Shown here: piece by piece, positions 18,519 through 30,625 of the stretch | How the letters are laid out: each line of letters opens with the position of its first letter | How positions within the stretch are numbered: the stretch's first letter is position 1 | Assembly (NCBI RefSeq): GCF_000006765.1 | Contig: NC_002516.2 | Reading direction: 5' to 3' (one strand) | Source: Pseudomonas aeruginosa PAO1 | Lineage (GTDB): Bacteria > Pseudomonadota > Gammaproteobacteria > Pseudomonadales > Pseudomonadaceae | Length of the DNA stretch: 64,000 bases | Program-made: the position numbers and the translations under genes | Notes under the pieces: generated by a model | The model's input: the letters and a program-made list of their open reading frames with translations, nothing else | Databases searched by the model: none | What the model was told of the DNA's origin: nothing

Positions 18519-19922
18519 ATGGCATCACTGACGTTTCTAGGCGCCGCCCAGGAGGTCACTGGCTCCTGTTATCTGCTGGAAACCCTCGATGGCGTGAAGG
18601 TCCTGCTCGAATGCGGCATGCGCCAGGGGCGCCGCGAAGCCGACAACGGCAACCGCGCGCCCTTCCCCTTCGATCCCGCGAGCATCGACGCGGTGGTCAT
18701 CTCCCACGCCCACCTGGACCACAGCGGCCTGCTGCCGCGCCTGGCGGCCGAGGGCTTCAAGGGCCCGATCTTCGCCACCGAGGCCACCTGCGAACTGCTG
18801 GAACTCATGCTGCTGGACTCCGCGCACATCCAGGAAAAGGACGCCGAGTGGGAGAACCGCTGGCGCAACCGGATCGGCAAGCCGAGCATCAAGCCGCTGT
18901 ATACCCAGGCCGACACCGAACGCGCGCTCAAGCTGCGCCGGCCGATCAGCCTCGGCAGCACCGTGGCGGTCGCTCGTGGCGTGCGGGTGACCTTTCACAA
19001 CGCCGGGCACATCCTCGGCTCGTCGATCGTCGAAGTGCAATTCCACGACCAGGTGCAACCGCGCCGCCTGGTGTTTTCCGGCGACCTCGGCAACACCTGC
19101 TCGCCGTTGATGCGAGCGCCCTCGCCGCTGAGCCGGGCCGACGTGGTGATGCTCGAATCCACCTACGGCGATCGCGATCACCGCGACAGCAACGACACCC
19201 TGGAGGAACTGGCGGCGATTCTCGACCAGGCGCATCGCGACGGCGGCAACGTGCTGATCCCGTCGTTCGCCGTCGGTCGCACCCAGGACCTGCTCTACTA
19301 CCTCGGCCGCTTCTACCAGGAGGGCCGCCTGCCGCAACAGGCGGTATTCCTCGACAGCCCGATGGCCGCCCGTGCCAATGGCATCTACCTGCGCCACAGC
19401 AACGAGTTCGACGACCGCGACCGCGAGTACATTCGCGGCACCGGCACCACCCGCCTGGAGGAATGGCTGCCGGTGCTGCGCGTCACCCGCAGCGCCGACG
19501 AGTCGATGGCGATCAACCGGATCAAGAGCGGCGCGGTCATCATCGCCGGCAGCGGCATGTGCACCGGCGGCCGTATCGTCCATCACTTCAAGCACAACCT
19601 CTGGCGCCCGGAATGCCATGTGGTATTCCCCGGCTTCCAGGCGCGCGGCACCCTGGGCCGCAACATCGTCGACGGCGCCAGCGCGGTTCGCGTGTTCCAC
19701 CAGCGCATCGCGGTCAAGGCGCAGATCCATACCCTCGGCGGCTTCTCCGCCCACGCCGGGCAATCGCAGCTGCTCGACTGGGTCGGTCACTTCGCCCACC
19801 GTCCAGCGCTATACCTGATACATGGCGAGCGGGAAAAGATGGAAGCGCTGCAGAGCGCGATCCGCGAGCGTCTCGACTGGGATGCCGAGATACCGGAACC
19901 CGGCGAACGCATCGAGATCTGA
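18519..19922 (+). CDS. MBL-fold beta-CASP nuclease (CPSF73/RNase J superfamily)
   Basis: GGAGG RBS; SHAHLDH, NAGHILGS, SGDLG, ESTYGDRDH, FSAHAG motifs. Confidence 0.85.
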   Translation: MASLTFLGAAQEVTGSCYLLETLDGVKVLLECGMRQGRREADNGNRAPFPFDPASIDAVVISHAHLDHSGLLPRLAAEGFKGPIFATEATCELLELMLLDSAHIQEKDAEWENRWRNRIGKPSIKPLYTQADTERALKLRRPISLGSTVAVARGVRVTFHNAGHILGSSIVEVQFHDQVQPRRLVFSGDLGNTCSPLMRAPSPLSRADVVMLESTYGDRDHRDSNDTLEELAAILDQAHRDGGNVLIPSFAVGRTQDLLYYLGRFYQEGRLPQQAVFLDSPMAARANGIYLRHSNEFDDRDREYIRGTGTTRLEEWLPVLRVTRSADESMAINRIKSGAVIIAGSGMCTGGRIVHHFKHNLWRPECHVVFPGFQARGTLGRNIVDGASAVRVFHQRIAVKAQIHTLGGFSAHAGQSQLLDWVGHFAHRPALYLIHGEREKMEALQSAIRERLDWDAEIPEPGERIEI

Positions 19923-20004
19923 GCCGCCGTCCGCAACTGTCACGCAGTCCGTGGCAGTATGCGGATGACCGCCTGTCCAGGGTGGTTGTAGAAGGAGTAT
20001 GCGA

Positions 20005-21075
20005 ATGCCCTACGAAGCCGATGACTATCTTTCCCGGCACTTCCAGACCAGCGGCACCGACCTGGCGCGGAAGGTCGACGAACTGGCGGCCCTTGCGGCT
20101 CCCGGCGACAGCCCCAATCTCGCGCTCTACCGCGAGATGCTCTTCACCGTGACGCGCATGGCCCAGGCCGACCGCAACCGCTGGGACGCCAAGATCATGC
20201 TGCAGACCCTGCGCGAGATGGAGCATGCCTTCAGCGTCCTCGAGCAGTTCAAGCGGCGACGCAAGGTCACCGTGTTCGGCTCGGCGCGCACGCCGGTCGA
20301 ACATCCGGTCTATGCCCTGGCGCGCAAGCTGGGCGAGGAACTGGCCCGCTACGACCTGATGGTGATCACCGGCGCCGGCGGCGGCATCATGGCCGCCGCC
20401 CACGAAGGCGCCGGGCTGGAGAACAGCCTGGGCTTCAACATCACCCTGCCCTTCGAGCAGCACGCCAACCATACGGTGGACGGCAGCGGCAACCTGCTGT
20501 CGTTCCACTTTTTCTTCCTGCGCAAGCTGTTCTTCGTCAAGGAAGCCGACGCCCTGGTGCTCTGCCCCGGCGGCTTCGGCACCCTCGACGAGGCACTGGA
20601 AGTGCTGACCCTGGTACAGACCGGCAAGAGTCCGCTGGTGCCGATCGTGCTGCTCGACCAGCCGGGCGGCCGCTACTGGGAACACGCCCTGGAGTTCATG
20701 CAGGAACAGTTGCTGGAGAATCACTATATCCTGCCGGCCGACATGCGCCTGATGCGCCTGGTGCATTCGGCCGAAGACGCGGTGAAGGAAATCGCCCAGT
20801 TCTACCGCAACTTCCACTCCAGCCGCTGGCTGAAAGGCACTTTCGTGATTCGCCTGAACCACGCCCTGAACGAAGCCGCGCTGGCGCACCTGCACGAACA
20901 CTTCGCCAGCCTCTGCCTGAGCGGCGGCTTCCAGCAGCAGGCCTACAGCGAGCAGGAACAGGACGAACCGGAGTTCCGCAACCTGACCCGCCTCGCCTTC
21001 GTGTTCAACGGGCGCGACCAGGGGCGGCTGCGGGAATTGCTGGACTACATCAACCTGCCGGAAAACTGGGACTGA
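20005..21075 (+). CDS. LOG/SLOG-family nucleotide monophosphate nucleosidase
   Basis: AAGGAG RBS spacing favours ATG 20005; VTVFGSAR, ITGAGGGIM, PGGFGTLDE motifs. Confidence 0.85.
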   Translation: MPYEADDYLSRHFQTSGTDLARKVDELAALAAPGDSPNLALYREMLFTVTRMAQADRNRWDAKIMLQTLREMEHAFSVLEQFKRRRKVTVFGSARTPVEHPVYALARKLGEELARYDLMVITGAGGGIMAAAHEGAGLENSLGFNITLPFEQHANHTVDGSGNLLSFHFFFLRKLFFVKEADALVLCPGGFGTLDEALEVLTLVQTGKSPLVPIVLLDQPGGRYWEHALEFMQEQLLENHYILPADMRLMRLVHSAEDAVKEIAQFYRNFHSSRWLKGTFVIRLNHALNEAALAHLHEHFASLCLSGGFQQQAYSEQEQDEPEFRNLTRLAFVFNGRDQGRLRELLDYINLPENWD

Positions 21076-21096
21076 AGCTGCCGCTCCGGCACGCGC

Positions 21097-22604
<1,508 letters not shown>

Positions 22605-22647
22605 TGAAGTCCTCGCGAAGTCAGGGCGGCCGGACGGCCACGAACAA

Positions 22648-22663
22648 CTGTATAAGTAGACAG
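22648..22663. promoter_or_regulatory. LexA (SOS) box
   Basis: CTGTATAAGTAGACAG (CTG-N10-CAG) upstream of recA. Confidence 0.95.
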
Positions 22664-22737
22664 TATTATTCCACAGGGCAAGTCGCTCGCCTACCCCCGA
22701 CGGGAAGAATGTTCCGAACGGTTGCCCGCAGGCGCGG

Positions 22738-23244
22738 CTAGCCCGGGTTCTCGCCGTTGCTCATGCGCAGCAGGCCGGTCAGCGCGGTCGCCACCGTCTG
22801 CCGGCGCACGGCGTCGCGGTCGCCGTTGAACTGGCAGCGCTCACTGACCAGCCGCTCGCCGTCGGCCCAGGCCAGCCAGACCGTGCCTACCGGCTTTTCC
22901 GGCGAGCCGCCGTCGGGCCCGGCGACACCGCTCACCGCCACCGCGAAACGCGCCCCGCTGTGCCGCTGGGCGCCGCGCACCATGGCCTCGACCACTTCCC
23001 GGCTGACCGCGCCGACTGCCGGGAACAGCGACTCGGGCACCTCCAGCTGGAGGGTCTTCTGGCGGTTCGAGTAGGTCACGTAGCCAGCCTCGAACCAGCC
23101 CGAACTCCCCGGGATGCGGGTGATCGCCTCGGCGATGCCGCCACCGGTGCAGGATTCCGCCGTGCTGACCTGCTCGCCCAGGTAACGAAGGCTTTCGCCG
23201 AGGCGGGCGGCCAGTGCGGTCAGGTCGGACTCCATCAGGGTCAT
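22738..23244 (-). CDS. pncC: CinA/PncC nicotinamide-nucleotide amidohydrolase
   Basis: [23 protein letters not shown] motifs; GGAGA RBS favours ATG 23244. Confidence 0.85.
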
Positions 23245-23391
23245 CACTGTTCTCCAGGGTAGAAACGGAAAGGGACTACCCTACACCATCGGCTTTTCCA
23301 TTCAGAAGCAGCTTTCGGACAAGCGCAACCGCGCGAAGGCAGCGAATGCGCGAACATGCGTGTTCCATCACCGTCCAAGGAAAGGCACCCC

Positions 23392-24399
23392 ATGAACATC
23401 GCGCCACTCAAGGTCTCTCTGCTCTCCCTCGCCCTGCTCCTCTCCCCCGTTGCCAGCCTCCCCGCCCATGCGGCCTGCACCGCCAACCTGGCCCTGCAAC
23501 CCGCCAGCAGCCTGCCCGCGCTCGGCGGGCGCCTGGTCTACCACAGCTATATGGAGTACGGGGACGGCTCCTCGAACCTCTACCTGCACGATTTCAAGAG
23601 CAAGAGCACCCGCCAGCTCAACCAGCCCGGCTGGAACATCGAGGACCCGATGAATGCGCATTTCTCCCCGGACGGCCGCTACCTGACCTTCATGGGCCGC
23701 CAGAATGGCGCCTGGCACGTGTTCGCCTGGGCCATCGGCGGTACCCAGGCGCCGAGCAACCTGACCGCGGCCATCGGCGGTCGCAACGAGGATCCGAAGT
23801 TCTCCTTCGACGGCCGCCAGGTCGTGCTCAAGCACGAGGGCGACATCCGCCTCGCCACCCTGGTCTTCAATGGCGATGGCAGCGTCGGCGTGAGCGCCTG
23901 GAAAGCCGTGACCGGCGACGGCTGGAGCACCGAGGAGTCGATGCCGTTCCTCACACCCTCAGGCAAGTACGTGGTCTACGCGACAGGAGCCGGCGACAGC
24001 CTGCGGGTGGTGCGCAGGAACCTGGAGAACGGCCAGGTCTGCGCCCTCGCCACCCCGGCCGCGGGGGGCCGCGACTATTACCCGGTGGTACGCGACTACA
24101 CCGCCTACTTCCTCTCGCGTACCCAGCCGGCCGGCAACGACCAGTTGGCCATGGTCGTACCCAACAGCCCGCCCGGCACCCCGGCGATCCTGCCGCTCAA
24201 CCACTGCCAGGGCGACAATTCCGACGCCGCGCCGGTGAACGAGGACTACCTGATCTTCTCCAGCACTTCGTTCGACCCGACCTACAGCCTGCTCCTCGGC
24301 GACATCGCCGCGGCGCGGGTCTGGCGTCTCGACCCGGCGCAGATCAACCTGCCCGACGGTCGGCAGAAGCTCGGCGCCAGCTATACCGCGGCACGCTGA
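23392..24399 (+). CDS. Exported TolB/PD40-like beta-propeller protein, function unknown
   Basis: Signal peptide ending AHA; repeats [30 protein letters not shown]. Confidence 0.7.
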   Translation: MNIAPLKVSLLSLALLLSPVASLPAHAACTANLALQPASSLPALGGRLVYHSYMEYGDGSSNLYLHDFKSKSTRQLNQPGWNIEDPMNAHFSPDGRYLTFMGRQNGAWHVFAWAIGGTQAPSNLTAAIGGRNEDPKFSFDGRQVVLKHEGDIRLATLVFNGDGSVGVSAWKAVTGDGWSTEESMPFLTPSGKYVVYATGAGDSLRVVRRNLENGQVCALATPAAGGRDYYPVVRDYTAYFLSRTQPAGNDQLAMVVPNSPPGTPAILPLNHCQGDNSDAAPVNEDYLIFSSTSFDPTYSLLLGDIAAARVWRLDPAQINLPDGRQKLGASYTAAR

Positions 24400-24524
24400 A
24401 AGCAGCCCGCACAGGCACGGACCTGAGGGTCCGCGCCGGTTCCGAACGGACCCGACACAGGCCGGCGAATCGGGTTAACATTACCCTCTTTTGCACCGTC
24501 CAAAGCCCGCTTCCGAAGGCCCGT

Positions 24525-27092
24525 ATGACCGACCTCTCCCAGCACACGCCGATGATGCAGCAGTACTTCAAACTGAAGCATCAGCACCCCGACCAATTGA
24601 TGTTCTATCGCATGGGCGACTTCTACGAGCTGTTCTACGAGGACGCGAAGAAGGCCGCCAAACTGCTCGACATCACCCTGACCGCACGCGGCCAGTCCGG
24701 CGGCAAGGCGATCCCGATGGCAGGCATTCCCTTCCATTCGGCGGAGGGCTACCTGGCCAAGCTGGTCAAGCTCGGCGAGTCGGTGGCGATCTGCGAGCAG
24801 ATCGGCGACCCGGCCACCAGCAAGGGGCCGGTGGAGCGCCAGGTGGTGCGGATCATCACCCCCGGCACGGTGAGCGACGAGGCGCTGCTCGACGAACGCC
24901 GCGACAACCTGCTGGCGGCGATCCTCGGCGACGAGCGCCTGTTCGGCCTCGCCGTGCTGGACATCACCAGCGGCCGCTTCAGCGTCCAGGAGATAAAAGG
25001 CTGGGAAACCCTGCTGGCCGAACTGGAGCGCCTCAACCCGGCCGAGCTGCTGATTCCAGACGACTGGCCACAGGGCCTGCCGGCGGAGAAGCGCCGCGGC
25101 GTACGTCGCCGCGCGCCATGGGACTTCGATCGCGACTCGGCGCACAAGAGCCTCTGCCAGCAATTCGGCACCCAGGACCTGAAAGGCTTCGGCTGCCAGA
25201 ACCTGACCCTGGCCATCGGCGCCGCCGGCTGCCTGCTCGCCTACGCCAAGGAAACCCAGCGTACCGCCCTGCCGCACCTGCGCAGCCTGCGCCACGACCG
25301 CCTCGATGACACGGTGATCCTCGACGGTGCCAGCCGCCGCAACCTGGAGCTGGATATCAACCTCAGCGGTGGCCGCGAGAACACCCTGCAATCGGTGGTC
25401 GACCGCTGCCAGACCGCCATGGCCAGCCGCCTGATGAGCCGCTGGCTGAACCGTCCGTTGCGTGACCGCGCGGTACTGGAAGCCCGCCAGGAGTCCATCG
25501 CCTGCCTGCTGGAACGCTACCGCTTCGAGAACCTGCAACCGCAGCTCAAGGAAATCGGCGACCTCGAACGCATCCTCGCCCGCATCGGCCTGCGCAACGC
25601 CCGCCCTCGCGACCTGGCGCGCCTGCGCGACGCGCTGGCGGCGCTGCCGGACCTGCAGAACGCCATGACCGAACTGGAAGCGCCGCACCTGCAGGCGCTG
25701 GCCACCACCATCGGCACCTATCCCGAACTCGCCGAACTGCTGGCCAAGGCGATCATCGACAACCCGCCAGCGGTGATCCGCGACGGTGGCGTGATCAAGA
25801 CCGGCTATGACGCCGAGCTGGACGAGCTGCAGGCGCTGAGCGAAAACGCCGGGCAATTCCTGATGGACCTGGAAGCGCGCGAGAAGGCCCGCACCGGCCT
25901 GCCCAACCTGAAGGTCGGCTACAACCGCATCCATGGCTACTTCATCGAGCTGCCACGGGTGCAGGCCGAACAGGCGCCGGCCGACTACATCCGCCGGCAG
26001 ACCCTGAAAGGCGCCGAGCGCTTCATCACGCCGGAACTGAAGGCCTTCGAGGACAAGGCGCTGTCGGCCCAGAGCCGCGCCCTGGCCCGCGAGAAGGCGC
26101 TCTACGAAGAGCTGCTGGAACGCCTGATCGGCCACCTCGCTCCGCTCCAGGACAGCGCCTCGGCGCTGGCGGAACTGGACGTGCTGGCGAATCTCGCCGA
26201 ACGCGCGCTGAACCTCGACCTGAATCGCCCGCGGTTCGTCGAACACACCTGCCTGCACATCGAGCAGGGCCGCCATCCGGTGGTCGAGCAGGTGCTGGAG
26301 ACACCGTTCGTGGCCAACGACCTGGCGCTGGATGCCGACACCCGGATGCTGGTGATCACCGGTCCGAACATGGGCGGTAAATCCACCTACATGCGGCAAA
26401 CCGCGCTGATCGTGCTGCTTGCGCACATCGGCAGCTTCGTTCCGGCTGCACGCTGCGAGCTGTCCCTGGTGGACCGCATCTTCACCCGCATCGGCTCGTC
26501 CGACGACCTTGCCGGCGGCCGCTCGACCTTCATGGTGGAGATGAGCGAAACCGCCAACATCCTGCACAACGCCACCGACAAGAGCCTGGTGCTGATGGAT
26601 GAGGTCGGCCGCGGCACCAGCACCTTCGACGGCCTGTCGCTGGCCTGGGCAGCGGCCGAGGACCTGGCCCGGACTCGCGCCTTCACCCTGTTCGCCACCC
26701 ACTATTTCGAACTGACCGTACTGCCGGAAAGCCAGCCCGCGGTAGCCAACGTGCACCTGAACGCGACCGAGCACAATGAACGCATCGTGTTCCTGCACCA
26801 TGTACTGCCGGGACCGGCGAGCCAGAGCTACGGCCTCGCGGTGGCCCAGTTGGCCGGCGTGCCGGCCCCGGTAATCCAGCGCGCCCGCGAACACCTCAAG
26901 CGCCTGGAAACCACCAGCCTGCCGCACGAGATGCCGAGCCAGCAGAGCGGCAAGCCCGCCTCGCCGATGCAGAGCGACCTGTTCGCCAGCCTGCCGCACC
27001 CGGTGATCGATGAATTGTCGAGGATCAATCCCGACGATATCAGCCCGCGGCAAGCTCTCGATCTGTTATATGCATGGAAGATGCGGGTCTGA
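24525..27092 (+). CDS. mutS: DNA mismatch repair protein MutS, intact (855 aa)
   Basis: [25 protein letters not shown] motifs. Confidence 0.99.
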   Translation: MTDLSQHTPMMQQYFKLKHQHPDQLMFYRMGDFYELFYEDAKKAAKLLDITLTARGQSGGKAIPMAGIPFHSAEGYLAKLVKLGESVAICEQIGDPATSKGPVERQVVRIITPGTVSDEALLDERRDNLLAAILGDERLFGLAVLDITSGRFSVQEIKGWETLLAELERLNPAELLIPDDWPQGLPAEKRRGVRRRAPWDFDRDSAHKSLCQQFGTQDLKGFGCQNLTLAIGAAGCLLAYAKETQRTALPHLRSLRHDRLDDTVILDGASRRNLELDINLSGGRENTLQSVVDRCQTAMASRLMSRWLNRPLRDRAVLEARQESIACLLERYRFENLQPQLKEIGDLERILARIGLRNARPRDLARLRDALAALPDLQNAMTELEAPHLQALATTIGTYPELAELLAKAIIDNPPAVIRDGGVIKTGYDAELDELQALSENAGQFLMDLEAREKARTGLPNLKVGYNRIHGYFIELPRVQAEQAPADYIRRQTLKGAERFITPELKAFEDKALSAQSRALAREKALYEELLERLIGHLAPLQDSASALAELDVLANLAERALNLDLNRPRFVEHTCLHIEQGRHPVVEQVLETPFVANDLALDADTRMLVITGPNMGGKSTYMRQTALIVLLAHIGSFVPAARCELSLVDRIFTRIGSSDDLAGGRSTFMVEMSETANILHNATDKSLVLMDEVGRGTSTFDGLSLAWAAAEDLARTRAFTLFATHYFELTVLPESQPAVANVHLNATEHNERIVFLHHVLPGPASQSYGLAVAQLAGVPAPVIQRAREHLKRLETTSLPHEMPSQQSGKPASPMQSDLFASLPHPVIDELSRINPDDISPRQALDLLYAWKMRV

Positions 27093-27118
27093 CGGACTAC
27101 CGCACAAGCTGCTAGAAT
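27089..27118 (+). promoter_or_regulatory. fdxA promoter with extended -10
   Basis: TGcTAGAAT at 27110-27118; CTGACG -35-like hexamer overlaps the mutS stop. Confidence 0.55.
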
Positions 27119-27158
27119 CGCGCGCGCTTAGCCGCCCGCCTGAGGAGAGAACTAGAAA

Positions 27159-27482
27159 ATGACCTTCGTCGTCACCGACAACTGCATCAAGTGCAAATAC
27201 ACCGACTGCGTGGAAGTCTGCCCGGTAGACTGCTTCTACGAAGGACCCAACTTCCTGGTCATCCATCCGGACGAGTGCATCGACTGCGCCCTGTGCGAGC
27301 CCGAATGTCCGGCCCAGGCGATTTTCTCCGAAGACGAAGTGCCGGAGAACATGCAGGAATTCATCGAGCTGAACAGCGAGCTGGCGGAAGTCTGGCCGAA
27401 CATCACCGAGAAGAAGGATGCCCTGCCCGACGCCGAGGAATGGGACGGCGTCGCCGGCAAGCTCCAGCATCTGGAGCGCTGA
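27159..27482 (+). CDS. fdxA: 7Fe ferredoxin I
   Basis: [14 protein letters not shown] and [12 protein letters not shown] motifs. Confidence 0.97.
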   Translation: MTFVVTDNCIKCKYTDCVEVCPVDCFYEGPNFLVIHPDECIDCALCEPECPAQAIFSEDEVPENMQEFIELNSELAEVWPNITEKKDALPDAEEWDGVAGKLQHLER

Positions 27483-27488
27483 TACGCC

Positions 27489-27517
27489 AAGGCCCGCAAT
27501 CAGCGGGCCTTTTCTTT
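27489..27517 (+). terminator. fdxA terminator
   Basis: AAGGCCCGC-AATCA-GCGGGCCTTTT. Confidence 0.85.
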
Positions 27518-27540
27518 GGCGACGAGTAAAACGGCAGGCA

Positions 27541-27659
27541 AAAAAAAGGGGCGGGGTATTACCCCGCCCACTCTTCAGTCCCTCGTCATCATCCTGATGA
27601 ATCGCCTCCCTGGCGACGTCCCTTCCCCGATCCTTCGGGGTTGCGTGTTCCCTGTACGC
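27541..27659 (-). ncRNA. rsmZ: RsmZ sRNA (RsmA/RsmF sponge)
   Basis: Seven GGA motifs, mostly in short stem-loops; ends GGGCGGGGUAAUACCCCGCCCC-U7; matches recalled RsmZ sequence. Confidence 0.97.
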
Positions 27660-27666
27660 AGGAGTG

Positions 27667-27694
27667 ATATTAGCGATTCCCAGTGCTCCCGCAA
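27667..27694 (-). promoter_or_regulatory. rsmZ core promoter
   Basis: TTGCGG-N16-TAATAT on minus strand. Confidence 0.7.
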
Positions 27695-27832
27695 CCTGCC
27701 AGAAAACCCAGCGAAGCTTCTTCGGCAGCCATTTTAGAAAAATATATTCCTTTAATTTCAATAAGTTACTTAAATTCACCGAGCGTTTTTGGCAAACCTC
27801 CCGGGCATTTATCTACTTAGGCTCACACGCCG

Positions 27833-27850
27833 TGTAAGTTAATGCTTACA
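27833..27850. promoter_or_regulatory. GacA upstream activating sequence
   Basis: TGTAAG-N6-CTTACA palindrome about 180 nt upstream of rsmZ. Confidence 0.9.
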
Positions 27851-27861
27851 AGAGCAGACAC

Positions 27862-27885
27862 AAAAAACCCGGCGAACGCCGGGTC
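27862..27885 (-). terminator. rpoS terminator
   Basis: ACCCGGC-GTTC-GCCGGGT followed by a T-run on minus strand. Confidence 0.85.
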
Positions 27886-27908
27886 TTCAGTGGGTCTAAG
27901 GTTTTCCG

Positions 27909-28913
27909 TCACTGGAACAGCGCGTCACTCGACAGGCCATTCTTCTCCAGAATCTCCCGCAGGCGCTTCAGCGCCTCGACCTGGATCTGACGAACCCGCT
28001 CGCGGGTCAGGCCGATTTCCTGGCCGACCTCTTCCAGCGTGCTGCTTTCGTGACCGCGCAAGCCGAAGCGGCGAATCACCACCTCACGCTGCTTGTCGGT
28101 GAGTTCCGTCAGCCACTGGTCGATGCTTTCGCTGAGATCGTCATCCTGCAGCAGCTCGCACGGATCGGTGGGGCGATCGTCGGTGAGCGTATCCAGCAGG
28201 GTCTTGTCCGAGTCCGGACCAAGAGAGACGTCTACCGAAGTCACCCGTTCGTTCAGGCCGAGCATGCGCTTGACCTCGGCGACCGGCTTCTCCAGCAGGT
28301 TGGCGATTTCTTCGGGTGAAGGTTCGTGGTCGAGCTTGTGGGTCAGTTCCCGCGCCGCACGCAGGTAGACGTTGAGCTCCTTGACCACATGGATCGGCAA
28401 GCGAATGGTCCGGGTCTGGTTCATGATGGCCCGCTCGATGGTCTGGCGGATCCACCAGGTGGCGTAGGTCGAGAACCGGAATCCGCGCTCCGGATCGAAC
28501 TTCTCCACGGCGCGGATCAGGCCTAGGTTGCCTTCCTCGATCAGGTCGAGCAGGGACAGTCCGCGATTGACATAGCGCCGGGCGATCTTCACCACCAACC
28601 GCAGGTTGCTCTCGATCATCCGCTTCCGACCAGCGGGATCGCCCTTCTGCGCCAGACGAGCGAAGTGGACTTCCTCTTCGGGCGTCAACAGGGGCGAGAA
28701 ACCGATTTCGTTGAGATACAGCTGCGTTGCGTCCAACGCGCGCGTGTAGTCGATGTGCTTGTGTTGTTTGGAAGAGAAGGAAGTGGTGGCTTTTGGAGTT
28801 GCCCGGGGAGAAGGCTGCTCGTCGGCAGACGACTCGTCCAGCATGATGCCGGGCTCCAGGAGGAGCACTTCATCATCGTGGTCAAACTCCGGCCCTTCTT
28901 TTTTGAGTGCCAT
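27909..28913 (-). CDS. rpoS: RNA polymerase sigma factor RpoS (334 aa, intact)
   Basis: ATG 28913; [25 protein letters not shown] motifs. Confidence 0.99.
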   Translation of the reverse strand: MALKKEGPEFDHDDEVLLLEPGIMLDESSADEQPSPRATPKATTSFSSKQHKHIDYTRALDATQLYLNEIGFSPLLTPEEEVHFARLAQKGDPAGRKRMIESNLRLVVKIARRYVNRGLSLLDLIEEGNLGLIRAVEKFDPERGFRFSTYATWWIRQTIERAIMNQTRTIRLPIHVVKELNVYLRAARELTHKLDHEPSPEEIANLLEKPVAEVKRMLGLNERVTSVDVSLGPDSDKTLLDTLTDDRPTDPCELLQDDDLSESIDQWLTELTDKQREVVIRRFGLRGHESSTLEEVGQEIGLTRERVRQIQVEALKRLREILEKNGLSSDALFQ

Positions 28914-29017
28914 GTCGTTATCCCTTGCATGAGTTCGACTCAAGCCCGGGCGATTCCTTTCCCGCTGGACACGCCCGGACCCGCTCACCTACATGATGTG
29001 GGCGGGCGAACTCCCGG

Positions 29018-29911
29018 TCAGCGACGTGGCAAATATTGCAGTGGATCGACAGGCTTACCCTGGCGGCGAATCTCGAAGTGCAGCTTCACCCGATCGGTTC
29101 CTGTGGAGCCCATCTCGGCAATCGATTGCCCTACCTTGACCTGTTGCCCTTCCCGCACCAGCAGCCTGCGGTTGTGACCGTAGGCACTCACGTAGGTCTC
29201 GTTGTGTTTGATGATGACCAACTCGCCGTAGCCCCGCAAACCACTACCGGCGTATACAACGGTCCCACCAGACGCAGCCAGGACAGGCTGGCCCAATTGA
29301 CCGGCTATATCAATCCCTTTATTCAAACTTCCGTTTGAGGCAAAACGGCCGATCAGAGTACCGCTCGCAGGCCATGCCCACCCCCCCACCGCAGGCCCCG
29401 CGACGACGGGAGTCGCGCCGCTGCTGGGTGGGGTCGTGGTCGAGGCCGGAGCCGGTGCGGGCTTGGCAGGTACCGACGTACTAACTGCGGGTGGAACCGG
29501 GGTAGGCTTGGTCGCCACGGGCGCAGCGACGACCGGCGTGTTTTTCGCGACGGACGGTTGCGTCGATGCCCGCCCACCAAATTGGATAGCTTGACCGACC
29601 TGGATGGTATAGGGCGGCGCGATGCCATTGCGCGCGGCCAGGGCTTTCCAGTCCCAGCCGAAGCGGAAGGCAATGGAATACAGGGTGTCGCCGCGGCGCA
29701 CGATGTACTGCCCGCTGGTGACCGGCGTACGCCGCGCAGCGGCAGGCGCGGAACCGTTGCGATCGACGACCTTGACCCCGCCGGGAGGCGACGACGAACA
29801 GGCGGCGAGAAGGGAACAGACGACGGCCCCGAGCAACAGGTGGCAGCCACCGTAGAGCCGAGTCCATTGCCGCAGGGTCGCTGCTAGCCTCAATCCTTCC
29901 CCCTTATCCAT
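29018..29911 (-). CDS. nlpD: LysM/M23 lipoprotein NlpD
   Basis: Lipobox LAAC, LysM VRRGDTLYSIA, Pro-rich linker, M23 domain NKGIDI...YGHN. Confidence 0.95.
   Translation of the reverse strand: MDKGEGLRLAATLRQWTRLYGGCHLLLGAVVCSLLAACSSSPPGGVKVVDRNGSAPAAARRTPVTSGQYIVRRGDTLYSIAFRFGWDWKALAARNGIAPPYTIQVGQAIQFGGRASTQPSVAKNTPVVAAPVATKPTPVPPAVSTSVPAKPAPAPASTTTPPSSGATPVVAGPAVGGWAWPASGTLIGRFASNGSLNKGIDIAGQLGQPVLAASGGTVVYAGSGLRGYGELVIIKHNETYVSAYGHNRRLLVREGQQVKVGQSIAEMGSTGTDRVKLHFEIRRQGKPVDPLQYLPRR
29295..29338 (-). promoter_or_regulatory. rpoS promoter and PsrA operator inside nlpD
   Basis: TCAAAC-TTCC-GTTTGA palindrome (29323-29338) overlapping TTGAAT; TCAATT 20 nt downstream; agrees with recalled literature. 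Confidence 0.8.
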
Positions 29912-29956
29912 CTTCTTCGCTTTCGTTCAATCGGGCCGGCGACGCCGGCCGCCGGC

Positions 29957-30625
29957 TCAGGCGATCGGGCCGTTGAGCAGCGGGACGAAACGTACCGAGT
30001 CGAGTACCTGGCGGCTGAACCCGTCCTCGGTGCGGACGATCAGCATCAGTTGCTGGACCTCGCCGCCACCGACCGGGATCACCAGGCGCCCCCCAGGCGC
30101 CAACTGGTCCAGCAACGACTGCGGGACTTCCGTGGCCGCCGCGGTGACGATGATTCCATTGTAGGGAGCCAACGCCGACCAACCCTCCCAGCCATCGCCC
30201 CAACGAAAGACAACATTACGCAGGTTTAGCTCCGCAAGACGCTCCTTGGCCTTGTCCTGCAACGCCTGGATCCGCTCGACGGAGAAGACCCGCTCGACCA
30301 GTTGCGCCAGCACCGCGGTCTGGTAGCCGGACCCGGTGCCGATCTCCATGACCTTGTCCAGCGGGCCGGCCGCCAGCAGCAACTCGGTCATCCGCGCCAC
30401 CATGAACGGCTGGGAAATGGTCTGGTTGTGGCCGATCGGCAGGGCGGTGTCTTCGTAGGCGCGATGCGAGAGCGCCTCGTCGACGAACAGATGACGCGGC
30501 GTGCGGCGGATCACCTCGAGCACGTGGGCGTTGGAAAGGCCTTCTTCGTACAGGCGCTGGATCAGGCGCTCTCGGGTACGCTGGGAGGTCATGCCGATAC
30601 CCCGGCGATGCAGGTCTTCGGACAT
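29957..30625 (-). CDS. pcm: Protein-L-isoaspartate O-methyltransferase
   Basis: EIGTGSGYQ motif; ATG 30625 is TGATG-coupled to surE with GGAGG RBS (alternative ATG 30592). Confidence 0.93.
   Translation of the reverse strand: MSEDLHRRGIGMTSQRTRERLIQRLYEEGLSNAHVLEVIRRTPRHLFVDEALSHRAYEDTALPIGHNQTISQPFMVARMTELLLAAGPLDKVMEIGTGSGYQTAVLAQLVERVFSVERIQALQDKAKERLAELNLRNVVFRWGDGWEGWSALAPYNGIIVTAAATEVPQSLLDQLAPGGRLVIPVGGGEVQQLMLIVRTEDGFSRQVLDSVRFVPLLNGPIA

Noticed and set aside
23214-27092. 1292-aa MutS with long N-terminal extension
   Set aside because: Same shadow-frame effect across the beta-propeller gene; the canonical MutS N-terminus starts at 24525.
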